From contig JAOASJ010000031.1 in assembly GCA_030158725.1 (NCBI GenBank), positions 6,504 through 70,503 of the forward strand: a stretch of DNA of 64,000 nt. The letters are read 5' to 3'. The notes beneath the pieces were generated by a model, which ran no database searches, was not told the origin of the DNA, and saw only the letters and a list, made by a program, of their open reading frames with translations. This document shows positions 38,501 to 47,101 of the stretch, in pieces (the stretch's first letter is position 1; the number at the start of each line of letters is the position of its first letter). The stretch is from Bacteroidia bacterium. GTDB lineage: Bacteria; Bacteroidota; Bacteroidia; NS11-12g; UBA955. The position numbers were made by a program, and so were the translations under genes.

Positions 38501-40676
38501 TTCAGATTCTACTGTTTTAGATTTTATTTGGAATGGAGTTGGTGTTATTGGCAATCCAACAACAGGTAGCAAAGGATGTTTTGATACTACTGGCTATGGC
38601 TATCTTTTAAAATATTATTACAAAATTAGTTCAGCTACTGTTTTAAGTTTTAAAGACAGTAGTTTATACCCAGCCGATAGTGCTTTGATAAACAATAAAT
38701 ACAAAAAGGTCTATGCTTTCAGGGTTGACCACAATAGCTCTTATAATATTTATAGAAACATTAGCAGTTATTTCCCAGGTTATTGCGCATTAGAAGATTT
38801 TGTAACCGTTGCTGTTGGTTTTAGCGCTAAAGTAGAATTCTCTGATACAATTATTTGCATTGGCAAGACTCTAGAAGCTACTACCGACTTTAGATATTTT
38901 AGCACTGATTCAAGTACCTTTAGTGAATATGATACCACAAAATATTGGTTCAAGCGCATGAATCAAGCGGGCGCAAATAACAGGGAAGGTCTAACTATTT
39001 GGGACTATAGCAAGGAAGATGACGATGTCAACAAACCTGCAACTATTTTTGGCAATTTCCCATATTCTAAAAAAGGTTACGGAACGCCTTTTGTTATTTT
39101 AGGCAATGAACAATCTGGCATTTATTATAAGAAAGCGGGGATCTACACGCTTAGAGTTTTAGCTTCTGATAGCAACTATTGCACTGATACATTCACACAA
39201 AAGATATATGTTACTGGTCCCAAAGCTGGATTCTATACCGATATCATTACACCAAATTGTAAAACAATTTTAGAGCTTTTTGATACCTCGAAAATCATAG
39301 ACCCTTGCGCTGCAAAAGGTTTGGATCCATGCGATTTTATTTACAAATGGAACATCGATTGGGGTGACGGATCAGGTTCCGTTGATTACTTCAAGCAATT
39401 ACCAAAGCAAATCGGTCACGACTATACTAAAAATGGATATTATACCATTACTTTAACCATCGAATCTATTCTAGGCTGCAGAGATACTGTGCAAAAGCAA
39501 GTCTTTATTCCAGGTCCTAGTCCTGAGTTTAAACCATTAACAAGCTTAAGAATTTGTGTCAATGATTCTGTTGCTTTTAGAAATTTTAGTGGCAATTATA
39601 CTGAGTCTGCACAATGGTTATGGAATTTTGGTGACGGTTTTTACATTCCTCAAAAAGACACGGGTAAAATGGTTCATCAATATAAAATTCCTGGTACTTA
39701 TGATGTTTTCTTGAGTCAATACGACAGCATTGCAAATACAGGAAAATATTGCGCCGATATTTACCCTGATGTTAATAAAGGACAAAAGAAAATTACAGTT
39801 ATTGTAAGTCCATATGATGTGGTGAAATTGATTGCAAGACCTATGGTTATTTGCGTAGGTGACACCATTCGAGCCCAAGCAAATGTTCAAAGTGCCAATA
39901 CGTATAATTTATTCAATTGGACCGTTGGCAATGTGAAAAACCAAACAAATTCTTTGTTCTACAATTTCGCACCTAAAAAACGAGGTCAATATTTAATTAC
40001 AATGTTGCCAGATACCAACGGTATAAATGGTGCTTTTTGTCCGGGTTACGACTCATTATGGGTAGTTGCCGATAGCGTTAAAGCTGACTTTACCATTGAC
40101 GAAACTCAAAAACCGAAATACTGTTTTACCAATACTTCGCAATGGGCTATTAGCTATAGATGGGGATTCTTTCACGACAAAGATATTAGACCAGGGAAAT
40201 TAGAATTTAAAGCAAATGTGGGTCAGTATGAACCTGAACGGTATATATGTGAAAACTTCGCCTTGCATCCAGGTGAGAATTGGATCTGTTTAGAAGCCAC
40301 CAATGCCTTGGGTTGCCACGATACTGTTTGTAAGAAAATTTACAATGATTTTGAATTTGCAATTTTACCGCCGAATGTCTTTACACCTTCAGGAAATGAT
40401 GGTTTTGTGGGCACAGACAAAGAAGGCTTACAAGGAAATAATGTATTTAATATATACACTAAAAATGTTTCAAATTACCATCTAATCATATACGATAGAT
40501 GGGGTGTTAAAGTTTTTGAAAGCGATGACACAGGCTACGATTGGAATGGACATTTGAATAATACTGGTGAAGAATGTCCCGATGGTACTTATTATTATAT
40601 TCTAAACTATAGGTATATTGGAAAAGACAAAGATGAACCTATTCTTAATGGTGTAGTTAAATTAATTTGGGAATGA
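35562..40676 (+). CDS. Very large (1704 aa) secreted PKD-repeat protein with a gliding-motility-associated (T9SS type-B) C-terminal domain.
   Basis: Signal peptide. Multiple PKD-like modules (WDFGDG, WNFGDG, WNIDWGDGSG motifs). Terminal CTD (FTPSGNDGFVGTDKEG...YDRWGVKVFESDD...YYYILNYRY...NGVVKLIWE). Confidence 0.75.
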   Translation: MNIRKYLTILFFAFSVSTQAQCIIGVKGLPCINNPLEFLSNTPGATNHNWNFNNEGFNNTNSNPTFTFATLGTKTITYSCTLPNGNPCSSSITVVIKDRPKIKIRLLSDSVQCFENNIFCFVDSSVSGDNDYCIKSIKYLFSDGELITKYGSKNKPVSLPSNFCKSYLDPQGAVHTLTVEIEDCNGCIYKQQMPFTMKVQMLPPISAIFDEKSSNCNGTVRVKFTNQTQMSRSNVSKFIWDFGDGSKDSTNWDSVFHDYTSGNKLTKIFSPKLIIYTGNGCKREFNLKDIVVFNFKPFITKDRDSICVGETINYKLFPLEMKDYISEIKIRWDFDPGIDFAYQASNSYQTVGPHIVTCTVPHVCGPYVLYDTITVIGPKSVIEPDWIDPYERYQCQAKDTVHVADHSDYYHNDHNFLDDDSLLNKKPAQFKYAFKFDPRLGRNVPLKPFNYDRNDVNVERIWDFDDPYCLPCTSDRKANMNVGLNCRYSRDSADYHVYTDWDSVYNYLYTKAYFNLAYFDPIVKTCSNKKIWYADSLYAVTDSVLYYADNALGLKAKDSSVFKHVKHFIKINAGLKGKAVYDPFSDLRVYIPSGCSIQIDKKDGSAFLQVNGPQLYNVSNFHRIITGQNDSCFFVYGIKIFKDTLPLNWVKNYHLRVHKVKLPNIRSNDSINSILHRRLFYQIVPRCFKITLSLRDTVHPMHCFNQASAAVALLPPSAKRLSINDHYCYGYNAKVLEFSLEDTKPGCLSPNVQFNPDYIKNPDDWNLLNNLYYGDMARNVFLNGTPPYKGYAKEGPNNGLFYWVYNDSILGKKNIQDINLALIVGNGLSPDECADTVYYKNFASFPRLSPDIVFATNNKSVEHTCKDTFVYVYIPSDRPDANFLANQSSWYIIDNRSGDTLERIDETYFKVRDHYKYPNQKVNYTVIERSKINKHKLKLVQTDTLFTAIVHKYKAIALPGAGLNELKKDMARLGFDINDFSDSTVLDFIWNGVGVIGNPTTGSKGCFDTTGYGYLLKYYYKISSATVLSFKDSSLYPADSALINNKYKKVYAFRVDHNSSYNIYRNISSYFPGYCALEDFVTVAVGFSAKVEFSDTIICIGKTLEATTDFRYFSTDSSTFSEYDTTKYWFKRMNQAGANNREGLTIWDYSKEDDDVNKPATIFGNFPYSKKGYGTPFVILGNEQSGIYYKKAGIYTLRVLASDSNYCTDTFTQKIYVTGPKAGFYTDIITPNCKTILELFDTSKIIDPCAAKGLDPCDFIYKWNIDWGDGSGSVDYFKQLPKQIGHDYTKNGYYTITLTIESILGCRDTVQKQVFIPGPSPEFKPLTSLRICVNDSVAFRNFSGNYTESAQWLWNFGDGFYIPQKDTGKMVHQYKIPGTYDVFLSQYDSIANTGKYCADIYPDVNKGQKKITVIVSPYDVVKLIARPMVICVGDTIRAQANVQSANTYNLFNWTVGNVKNQTNSLFYNFAPKKRGQYLITMLPDTNGINGAFCPGYDSLWVVADSVKADFTIDETQKPKYCFTNTSQWAISYRWGFFHDKDIRPGKLEFKANVGQYEPERYICENFALHPGENWICLEATNALGCHDTVCKKIYNDFEFAILPPNVFTPSGNDGFVGTDKEGLQGNNVFNIYTKNVSNYHLIIYDRWGVKVFESDDTGYDWNGHLNNTGEECPDGTYYYILNYRYIGKDKDEPILNGVVKLIWE

Positions 40677-40739
40677 TTTCTTAATCTTGAATAAGTTTTT
40701 ACTAAATCATTAGGTTTAATTTCGTCCTAATATTTAACC

Positions 40740-41618
40740 ATGTCTGTCAAACAAATCGAATTAACCGTTGCTCCACCAGCACCTCACATGGTTGGAGACG
40801 GATTTAGAGTACATAATTTTATACCTTCTGTTTACCGTTTAGAAATGCAAAGAATGGATCCATTTATTATGATGGATTACAATTCAAAATTCATGTTTCC
40901 TCCTACAGATGAACGAAGAGGAGTAGGGGTTCATCCTCATAGAGGATTCGAAACCGTGACTATAGCGTATAAAGGTAAAGTTGCCCACCATGACAGTGCT
41001 GGTAACAGTGGTACTATTGGTGAAGGTGAAGTACAATGGATGACTGCAGCCTCGGGTATTCTTCATAAAGAATACCATGATGAATCGTTTAGCCGCTCTG
41101 GTGGATTGTTTCAAATGGTGCAGCTTTGGATTAATCTTCCATCAAAATATAAAATGTCCGAGCCTAAATACCAGGCCATAGATAGGGAAAAAATTGTGAC
41201 TTGTAATTTGCCAAATGAATCTGGTCATATTGAAATCATTGCAGGGAAATACAAGGACTTAAAAGGAGCAGCGGAAACTTTTACTCCAGTAAATTTATTC
41301 AATGTTTTTCTGAATGCCAATAAATCTACAGATTTTGAATTCCCTTCACATTACAATACATTTTTATTGGTGATTGAAGGAAGCATTAAAGTGAATCAAT
41401 CTGAAACTATAGAAACTAACCATTTGGTTTTGTTTGAAAACAAAGGAGAAAAATTCCAAATTGAAGCTGAAGAAAATTCGATTGTCTTAGTTTTAAGCGG
41501 TGAACCAATAAATGAACCTATTGTGGCAAATGGTCCCTTTGTTATGAATACCAAAACTGAATTGATTCAAGCATTCCGAGACTTCCATGCTGGAAAATTT
41601 GGCTATCTAGCCGAATAA
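40740..41618 (+). CDS. Pirin family protein.
   Basis: Cupin metal-binding motif HPHRGFETVT and a bicupin layout. 292 aa. Confidence 0.85.
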   Translation: MSVKQIELTVAPPAPHMVGDGFRVHNFIPSVYRLEMQRMDPFIMMDYNSKFMFPPTDERRGVGVHPHRGFETVTIAYKGKVAHHDSAGNSGTIGEGEVQWMTAASGILHKEYHDESFSRSGGLFQMVQLWINLPSKYKMSEPKYQAIDREKIVTCNLPNESGHIEIIAGKYKDLKGAAETFTPVNLFNVFLNANKSTDFEFPSHYNTFLLVIEGSIKVNQSETIETNHLVLFENKGEKFQIEAEENSIVLVLSGEPINEPIVANGPFVMNTKTELIQAFRDFHAGKFGYLAE

Positions 41619-41812
41619 TTGTATTATTAAAAGAGCTTATATGTTGATTTTTAAGATTTTAGCGTATTTCTTTTCCCTTTAATATGCTTTATTTTTTCTT
41701 GAAATAGGTATTTTTACTTAATTTTTTTGGAGATTTAATCGAGTTTTGTTTATTTTGCAACATTGAAAAGTCGCTACTTTTTCTTTTCAATAACTAATAA
41801 AACACACACACC

Positions 41813-42682
41813 TTGCTTAAATTTCTTAAATATCCGTATGTCTTTTTTCCAAATTTGAAAGGAAGGGGCTTAACTTTATTGTCATTTGCCATTTATATTA
41901 CGGCATGTTTATATTTCCTCTCTAACTTAGGGATTAATGAAATAAGAAATGATTTCACTTTAAAAGCAAGCATTTATGGCGTTGTTTTGGTTTCCATTCT
42001 TTTAGGTTCTAATTATTTACTGATTAAGTTAAATAAAAATTACTTCAATGAAGATTCTTGGACCGTTGAAAAAGAATTCAAATGGATTTTTGCAAATATC
42101 TTAACCATAGGAATTTTTAATGCCATATTCGCAACCAGCAATGAATATACAGCAATTTCAAAAATAGACATTATTGAATTTGAATTTTTGACCATGCTAT
42201 TAGGAACTATTCCAATGTTCTTGATTATTATTATAAATGAAGCACGTTGGAGAAACTTATTTCATAAAAATGCTGAAAAGCTAAATGCTAAGTTAAATTC
42301 ATTCTCAAAATTGAGCAAAGTTAATACTGCAGATAATAGCAATACCATTGTTATTGAGATTGAAAACAAAGACAAACAAACACCTTTGCATTTAAATGAT
42401 TTGATCTACATACATTCTGATAATTCAGGTTTTGAATTGTGTACCTCAGAATCAAATGAGCTTTCAAACATCTATATTCATTCTGATTTGAATTCATTGG
42501 AATCAAATCTTTTTTCAAATAAGAAATTAATGAAATGCCACCCTAGTTTTATTGTAAACATAAACCAAGTTATTCATGTAACTGGAAATGCTAGAGGATA
42601 TAAATTGCATTTGAAAAACACTTCAACCCAAGTTCCCGTGTCTATGAAATATCAAAAGGCATTTGAACGCATGATTGTTTAA
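41813..42682 (+). CDS. Membrane-anchored LytTR DNA-binding domain protein with no receiver domain.
   Basis: N-terminal roughly 150 aa with 4 TM helices. C-terminal LytTR domain (LIYIHSDNSGFELCT...CHPSFIVNINQV...VSMKYQKAF). A TTG start is assumed. Confidence 0.6.
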   Translation: MLKFLKYPYVFFPNLKGRGLTLLSFAIYITACLYFLSNLGINEIRNDFTLKASIYGVVLVSILLGSNYLLIKLNKNYFNEDSWTVEKEFKWIFANILTIGIFNAIFATSNEYTAISKIDIIEFEFLTMLLGTIPMFLIIIINEARWRNLFHKNAEKLNAKLNSFSKLSKVNTADNSNTIVIEIENKDKQTPLHLNDLIYIHSDNSGFELCTSESNELSNIYIHSDLNSLESNLFSNKKLMKCHPSFIVNINQVIHVTGNARGYKLHLKNTSTQVPVSMKYQKAFERMIV

Positions 42683-42766
42683 TCCGCTTTTAACTTATTT
42701 TTCTTAAAATTAATTTGATGCTCAATTATTTGTGCAATACTATAAGCAAATAATTATCTTCGCGGC

Positions 42767-44533
42767 ATGGAAATGGATTTGCTTTTAAAATCAGGGATAT
42801 GCAATGCTTTAAATCATTTGTATGGTGCTTCAGTTGAAATTGATTCAATTAAATTAGAACCAACAAATGCAGATTTTAAAGGTGACTTTACCTTCGTAAC
42901 CTTTCCTTATCTCAAAGTTTCTAAAAAAAATCCTGAGCAAACTGCCAATGAAATTGGAGAGTATTTGCAAGCTAATTTAAATGAAATAGAATCTTTTAAT
43001 GTAGTAAAGGGTTTCCTTAACATTGGTTTTAGTCAAACTTTTTGGATTGAAAAATTCAAAACAATTGACAATCTTAAAACTTCTGAATCTAAGGGCAAAG
43101 TTATGGTGGAATATTCTTCACCAAATACCAATAAACCACTGCACCTTGGTCACATACGAAACAATCTTTTGGGTTATAGTGTTTCAACTATTCTAAAGAC
43201 CTATGGTTACGATGTTACCCAAGCCAATTTGATCAATGATAGGGGTATTCATATTTGTAAGAGTATGATAGCTTGGCAAAAATTCGGGAATGGTGAAACG
43301 CCTGATTCTAGTGGTTTGAAAGGCGACCATCTCGTTGGTAAATACTATGTTGAATTTGACAAACATTTCAAAGCCGAAATTAAAACTTTAACTGAATCAG
43401 GATTAGAAGCAGCTCTTGCAGAAAAACAAGCGCCGTTAATTCTAGAAGCCCAAGAAATGCTTAGGAAATGGGAAGCTGGTGATACAGAAGTTATAGAACT
43501 TTGGAAAAAAATGAATGCATGGGTTTATGCTGGCTTTGAAGTAACATACAAAAACTTAGGGGTTCATTTCGATCAATACTATTATGAAAGCAATACCTAT
43601 TTGTTGGGGAAAGACCTGATTGATGAGGGTTTGAATAAAAATGTCTTTTATAAAAAAGACGATGGAAGTGTTTGGATAGATTTGAGAGAAGAGGGTTTAG
43701 ATGAAAAATTGGTTTTAAGAAGTGACGGCACTTCAGTTTATATAACACAAGATATCGGAACAGCCGAACTAAAATATAAACAGTACGCTTGCGATAAAAG
43801 TATTTATGTAGTAGGCAATGAGCAAGATTACCATTTTAAAGTCTTGTTTTTAATTCTTAAAAAACTTGGAAAAACTTGGGCCAATGGCTTATACCACTTA
43901 AGTTACGGAATGGTTGATTTGCCTTCTGGAAAAATGAAAAGTAGGGAAGGTACGGTCGTTGATGCGGACGATTTGATGCAAGAAATGATTGATACTGCTA
44001 AGGCTAAAACAGAGGAATTGGGTAAAACCGATAACATGCCTGAACAAGAGAAAATTGAATTGCACAGAACTTTAGGATTGGGTGCACTTAAATTTTTCAT
44101 GCTAAAAGTAGATCCTCAAAAACGAATGTTGTTTAATCCCGAAGAGTCTATCGACTTGCAAGGAGATACTGGTCCCTTCGTTCAATATACCTTTGCGCGT
44201 ATTAGCAGTATGCTTCGTGCCGCCAATGCCGATGACTTAAATGCAGAATATGAAATTAATTCTGCCAATGAAACAGAAATTAATTTAATTAAAGAATTGG
44301 ATAATTATAAACAAGAGCTTCAAAAAGCAGCATTGTCTTATAGTCCATCCTTAATTGCAAATTATTCTTTAAATCTTGCGAAAGCGTTTAACAGAGTTTA
44401 CAATGATGTTTCATTTTTAAAAGAAGAAGACAGCAACAAAAGACGTTTTAGGATTTCTTTGGCTCAAAAAACATCTGAAACTATTAAGCAGTCGCTTAAT
44501 ATGTTAGGCATTCACGCACCAAATAGAATGTAA
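42767..44533 (+). CDS. argS: Arginine--tRNA ligase.
   Basis: Class I HIGH motif (SPNTNKPLHLGHIRNN), the KMSK-like loop (SGKMKSREG) and a DALR anticodon-binding C-terminus. 588 aa. Confidence 0.9.
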   Translation: MEMDLLLKSGICNALNHLYGASVEIDSIKLEPTNADFKGDFTFVTFPYLKVSKKNPEQTANEIGEYLQANLNEIESFNVVKGFLNIGFSQTFWIEKFKTIDNLKTSESKGKVMVEYSSPNTNKPLHLGHIRNNLLGYSVSTILKTYGYDVTQANLINDRGIHICKSMIAWQKFGNGETPDSSGLKGDHLVGKYYVEFDKHFKAEIKTLTESGLEAALAEKQAPLILEAQEMLRKWEAGDTEVIELWKKMNAWVYAGFEVTYKNLGVHFDQYYYESNTYLLGKDLIDEGLNKNVFYKKDDGSVWIDLREEGLDEKLVLRSDGTSVYITQDIGTAELKYKQYACDKSIYVVGNEQDYHFKVLFLILKKLGKTWANGLYHLSYGMVDLPSGKMKSREGTVVDADDLMQEMIDTAKAKTEELGKTDNMPEQEKIELHRTLGLGALKFFMLKVDPQKRMLFNPEESIDLQGDTGPFVQYTFARISSMLRAANADDLNAEYEINSANETEINLIKELDNYKQELQKAALSYSPSLIANYSLNLAKAFNRVYNDVSFLKEEDSNKRRFRISLAQKTSETIKQSLNMLGIHAPNRM

Positions 44534-44739
44534 TGTCTATTGAACTTGGCAAATACCGACACTATAAAGGAAACTTCTATGAAGTTATTGGTGTTGTAAA
44601 ACATTCTGAAACCTTAGAAGAATTGGTTTTATACAAACAACTTTACGGTGAAGGCGCTTTATGGGTGCGCCCTTTGTCTATGTTTTTAGAGACAATAACT
44701 ATAGATGGGGTAACAAAGTCTCGATTTGAGAAAGTTTAA
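44533..44739 (+). CDS. DUF1653 domain protein.
   Basis: 68 aa with YRHYKGNFYEV...ELVLYKQLYGEGALWVRP, typical of DUF1653. Overlaps the argS stop (TAATG). Confidence 0.55.
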   Translation: MSIELGKYRHYKGNFYEVIGVVKHSETLEELVLYKQLYGEGALWVRPLSMFLETITIDGVTKSRFEKV

Positions 44740-44845
44740 GTCAATTTATTGTTAAAAACTTGTCACCTGAATTTTTACTAATATTTATTTTCTAAAGGGG
44801 AATTTCTTATATTTGCATTATAATAACATTATTATCAAAAGATTT

Positions 44846-45733
44846 ATGAAAAAATTACTTTATTCAGCGATGGCTCTATTTGTAGCTGGCGCTCTATTTA
44901 CCGGATGCGGTGACGACAACAACGGCGGCGGAACAGTTGACACAACTCCAAAACCATCTATTGAATTCCAAACCAATACTGGTACTTTCTCTGGTTACAC
45001 ATTCGCTAACGACAAGAAAGTTATCGGTTCTACTATCAAAATTGGTGTTAAATTGACTTCAACCATCAATTTGAAAAGCACTAAAATGACAGTAAAATAC
45101 AACAACCAAGCTGAACAAATTATCGGTACTGATTCTGTGTTCTCTGGTTCAGTTACTTCTACTAGCAGAGATTACACATTTGTATTGCCACAAGATAAAG
45201 GTACTTATACTTTTACTGCTTACGCAACCAACAAAGATGCTACAACTTCTTCAGCTAAAATTGAAATCATCGCTTTCGGTCCATTAGCAGATCAAGGTAC
45301 TGGTTTAGTTTACAGCTTAAAAGCTACTACTGCTGGTAATTTCAGTGCTTTCGATTTATTCGAAGGAATTGCAATCACTGCTGCTTCAGGAGCTGGTAAT
45401 GAAGGTAGCAGAGATATTGTTGATGCTTCAACTTCTGCAACTCTTTCTAGATCTTGGAAATCACAAAACGGAACTCAATTCGTTATCTCTGGTGTTGATG
45501 GTAAATTAAACAGCAAAGTATACACTCAATTCGCTTCTGAACAAGATGTGATTGATGCTTGGGATGCTACTGCAGGTAAATCTACAACTGTTACTGGTAT
45601 CGATGATGGTAAATTGGTTATCGCTAAAGTAACTAGAGGTTCAGCTACATACTACTACTTAATCGCTATCGATACTGTTACCGATGATGTAGGATCTGAA
45701 GACGATACTTACACTTTCCAATACAAACAATAA
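44846..45733 (+). CDS. Lipoprotein of unknown function.
   Basis: Signal peptide with lipobox (LFTGCGDDNNGG), starting at the internal Met MKKLLYSA. The protein is Thr/Ser-rich and beta-strand-rich. Confidence 0.45.
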   Translation: MKKLLYSAMALFVAGALFTGCGDDNNGGGTVDTTPKPSIEFQTNTGTFSGYTFANDKKVIGSTIKIGVKLTSTINLKSTKMTVKYNNQAEQIIGTDSVFSGSVTSTSRDYTFVLPQDKGTYTFTAYATNKDATTSSAKIEIIAFGPLADQGTGLVYSLKATTAGNFSAFDLFEGIAITAASGAGNEGSRDIVDASTSATLSRSWKSQNGTQFVISGVDGKLNSKVYTQFASEQDVIDAWDATAGKSTTVTGIDDGKLVIAKVTRGSATYYYLIAIDTVTDDVGSEDDTYTFQYKQ

Positions 45734-45762
45734 TTAATAGTTTTATTTCCTAAAATTATTTC

Positions 45763-45793
45763 AAAAGGCTCCTTTTTAAGGAGCCTTTTTTTT
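45763..45793 (+). terminator. Rho-independent terminator.
   Basis: Hairpin aaaaggctcc-ttttta-aggagcc followed by a T8 run. Confidence 0.65.
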
Positions 45794-45837
45794 GGAACAA
45801 ATTTTGTTCACTATGTCTTAAATCAATTAGTGTATTT

Positions 45838-46680
45838 ATGAAAGTTAAAATTGTATTCGTCCTACTCCTCAGTATTATAGTGGTTTCTTGCGTTAGCAAA
45901 AAGAAGTATAAGTCACAGATGGCCCGTGTTGAAATATTAAGAGACTCCGTTGAAATGGTAGTCCACCAACTTGACCAATGTTTAGCCGATAAGCAAAAAA
46001 ACAAATCTGAAATTGAAAATTTAGAATCGGAAGTTTTAAGATTGAAAGCCACCAGTAATGCGCTGCTTAATCAGTTAAGTGAATTATCTGTAATCACAAA
46101 AACTCAAGCTGAAAGCATTAAAAAATCTTTGGAAAACCTATCCAGTAAAGATGCTTACATCAAAGATTTGCAAATAGCAATGGCTAGAAAAGATTCAATG
46201 AATCTTGCTTTGGTAATGAATCTAAAAGGGGCTTTAGTTGATATTAACGATGAAGATGTTGAGATAAAAATCGAAGGTAGTGCTGTGTTTATTTCTGTGT
46301 CTGATAAACTCTTGTTTACATCCGGCAGTTACACCCTAACACCTGAAGCAATGCTCGTTCTTGGAAAAGTAGCTAAAGTATTAAATGGTCAACCAGAAAT
46401 TAGATTCATGGTTGAAGGCCATACCGACAACAAACCGATTTTAAATAAAGCAATGAAAGACAATTGGGACCTTAGTGTGCTCAGAGCAACAACCGTAGTT
46501 AGAACTTTACAAAACAATTTCAGTATAGATCCAACCAGAATGATTGCAGCTGGTCGCAGTGAATATATGCCAGTGGTGCCAAATGATAGCGACAACAACC
46601 GTTCGCTTAACCGCAGAACTAGAATCGTTATAATTCCAGAACTTGATCAATTTTTCAAATTATTGGAACCTAAAAATTAA
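45838..46680 (+). CDS. OmpA/MotB-family peptidoglycan-binding protein with an N-terminal coiled coil.
   Basis: Signal/anchor sequence and a long heptad-like helical region. C-terminal OmpA-like domain (VEGHTDNKPI...NRRTRIVI). 280 aa. Confidence 0.7.
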   Translation: MKVKIVFVLLLSIIVVSCVSKKKYKSQMARVEILRDSVEMVVHQLDQCLADKQKNKSEIENLESEVLRLKATSNALLNQLSELSVITKTQAESIKKSLENLSSKDAYIKDLQIAMARKDSMNLALVMNLKGALVDINDEDVEIKIEGSAVFISVSDKLLFTSGSYTLTPEAMLVLGKVAKVLNGQPEIRFMVEGHTDNKPILNKAMKDNWDLSVLRATTVVRTLQNNFSIDPTRMIAAGRSEYMPVVPNDSDNNRSLNRRTRIVIIPELDQFFKLLEPKN

Positions 46681-46692
46681 AAACCTTTTAAC

Positions 46693-46728
46693 AAAAAAAA
46701 CCATCAATGTAAATTGATGGTTTTTTTT
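46693..46728. terminator. Bidirectional rho-independent terminator between convergent genes.
   Basis: A8-ccatcaa-tgtaaa-ttgatgg-T8, a perfect 7-bp stem flanked by A and T runs. Confidence 0.65.
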
Positions 46729-46746
46729 ATGTTTTAAAAACAAATA

Positions 46747-46947
46747 TTATTCTTCAGTCTTTTTCTTAACTGTTTTTTTAGCAGCTGCTGGTTTAGCTTC
46801 TTTTACTGCTTTTACTTTTTTTACTTTTGGCTCAGCTTTAGCTGCATCAACTTTTTTCTTAAGTGCAACTGCTGGTCTAGGTCTTGTTACGCCGTAACTT
46901 GCAATATTGATTTTACCTTTTTTTGAACGTTTGTCTCCTTTTCCCAT
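46747..46947 (-). CDS. 30S ribosomal protein THX with a Lys/Ala-rich C-terminal extension.
   Basis: The N-terminus MGKGDKRSKKGKINIASYGVTRPRP matches the THX core (MGKGD..R.GK....YG..RPR). It is followed by a roughly 40-aa K/A/V-rich tail. 66 aa. Confidence 0.5.
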   Translation of the reverse strand: MGKGDKRSKKGKINIASYGVTRPRPAVALKKKVDAAKAEPKVKKVKAVKEAKPAAAKKTVKKKTEE

Positions 46948-46963
46948 AATGATTATATTGAGG

Positions 46964-46993
46964 CAAAATTAAACATTTTTATCGTATTCTCAA
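46964..46993 (-). promoter_or_regulatory. Candidate Bacteroidetes sigma-A promoter (-33 TTG / -7 TAnnTTTG) for the THX gene.
   Basis: The minus strand reads TTG-(19 nt)-TAATTTTG, ending 16 nt upstream of the THX ATG. This is canonical spacing for Bacteroidetes promoters. Confidence 0.35.
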
Positions 46994-47101
46994 TATTTGA
47001 AGGAAAAATTTACTTTTATCACAAAAAAAATCAATTTATCAAATAATAAAAAGGCATAGTAAACGACTATTAGGTTTGGTTTAGGTCAAAAATCGTTTAC
47101 T

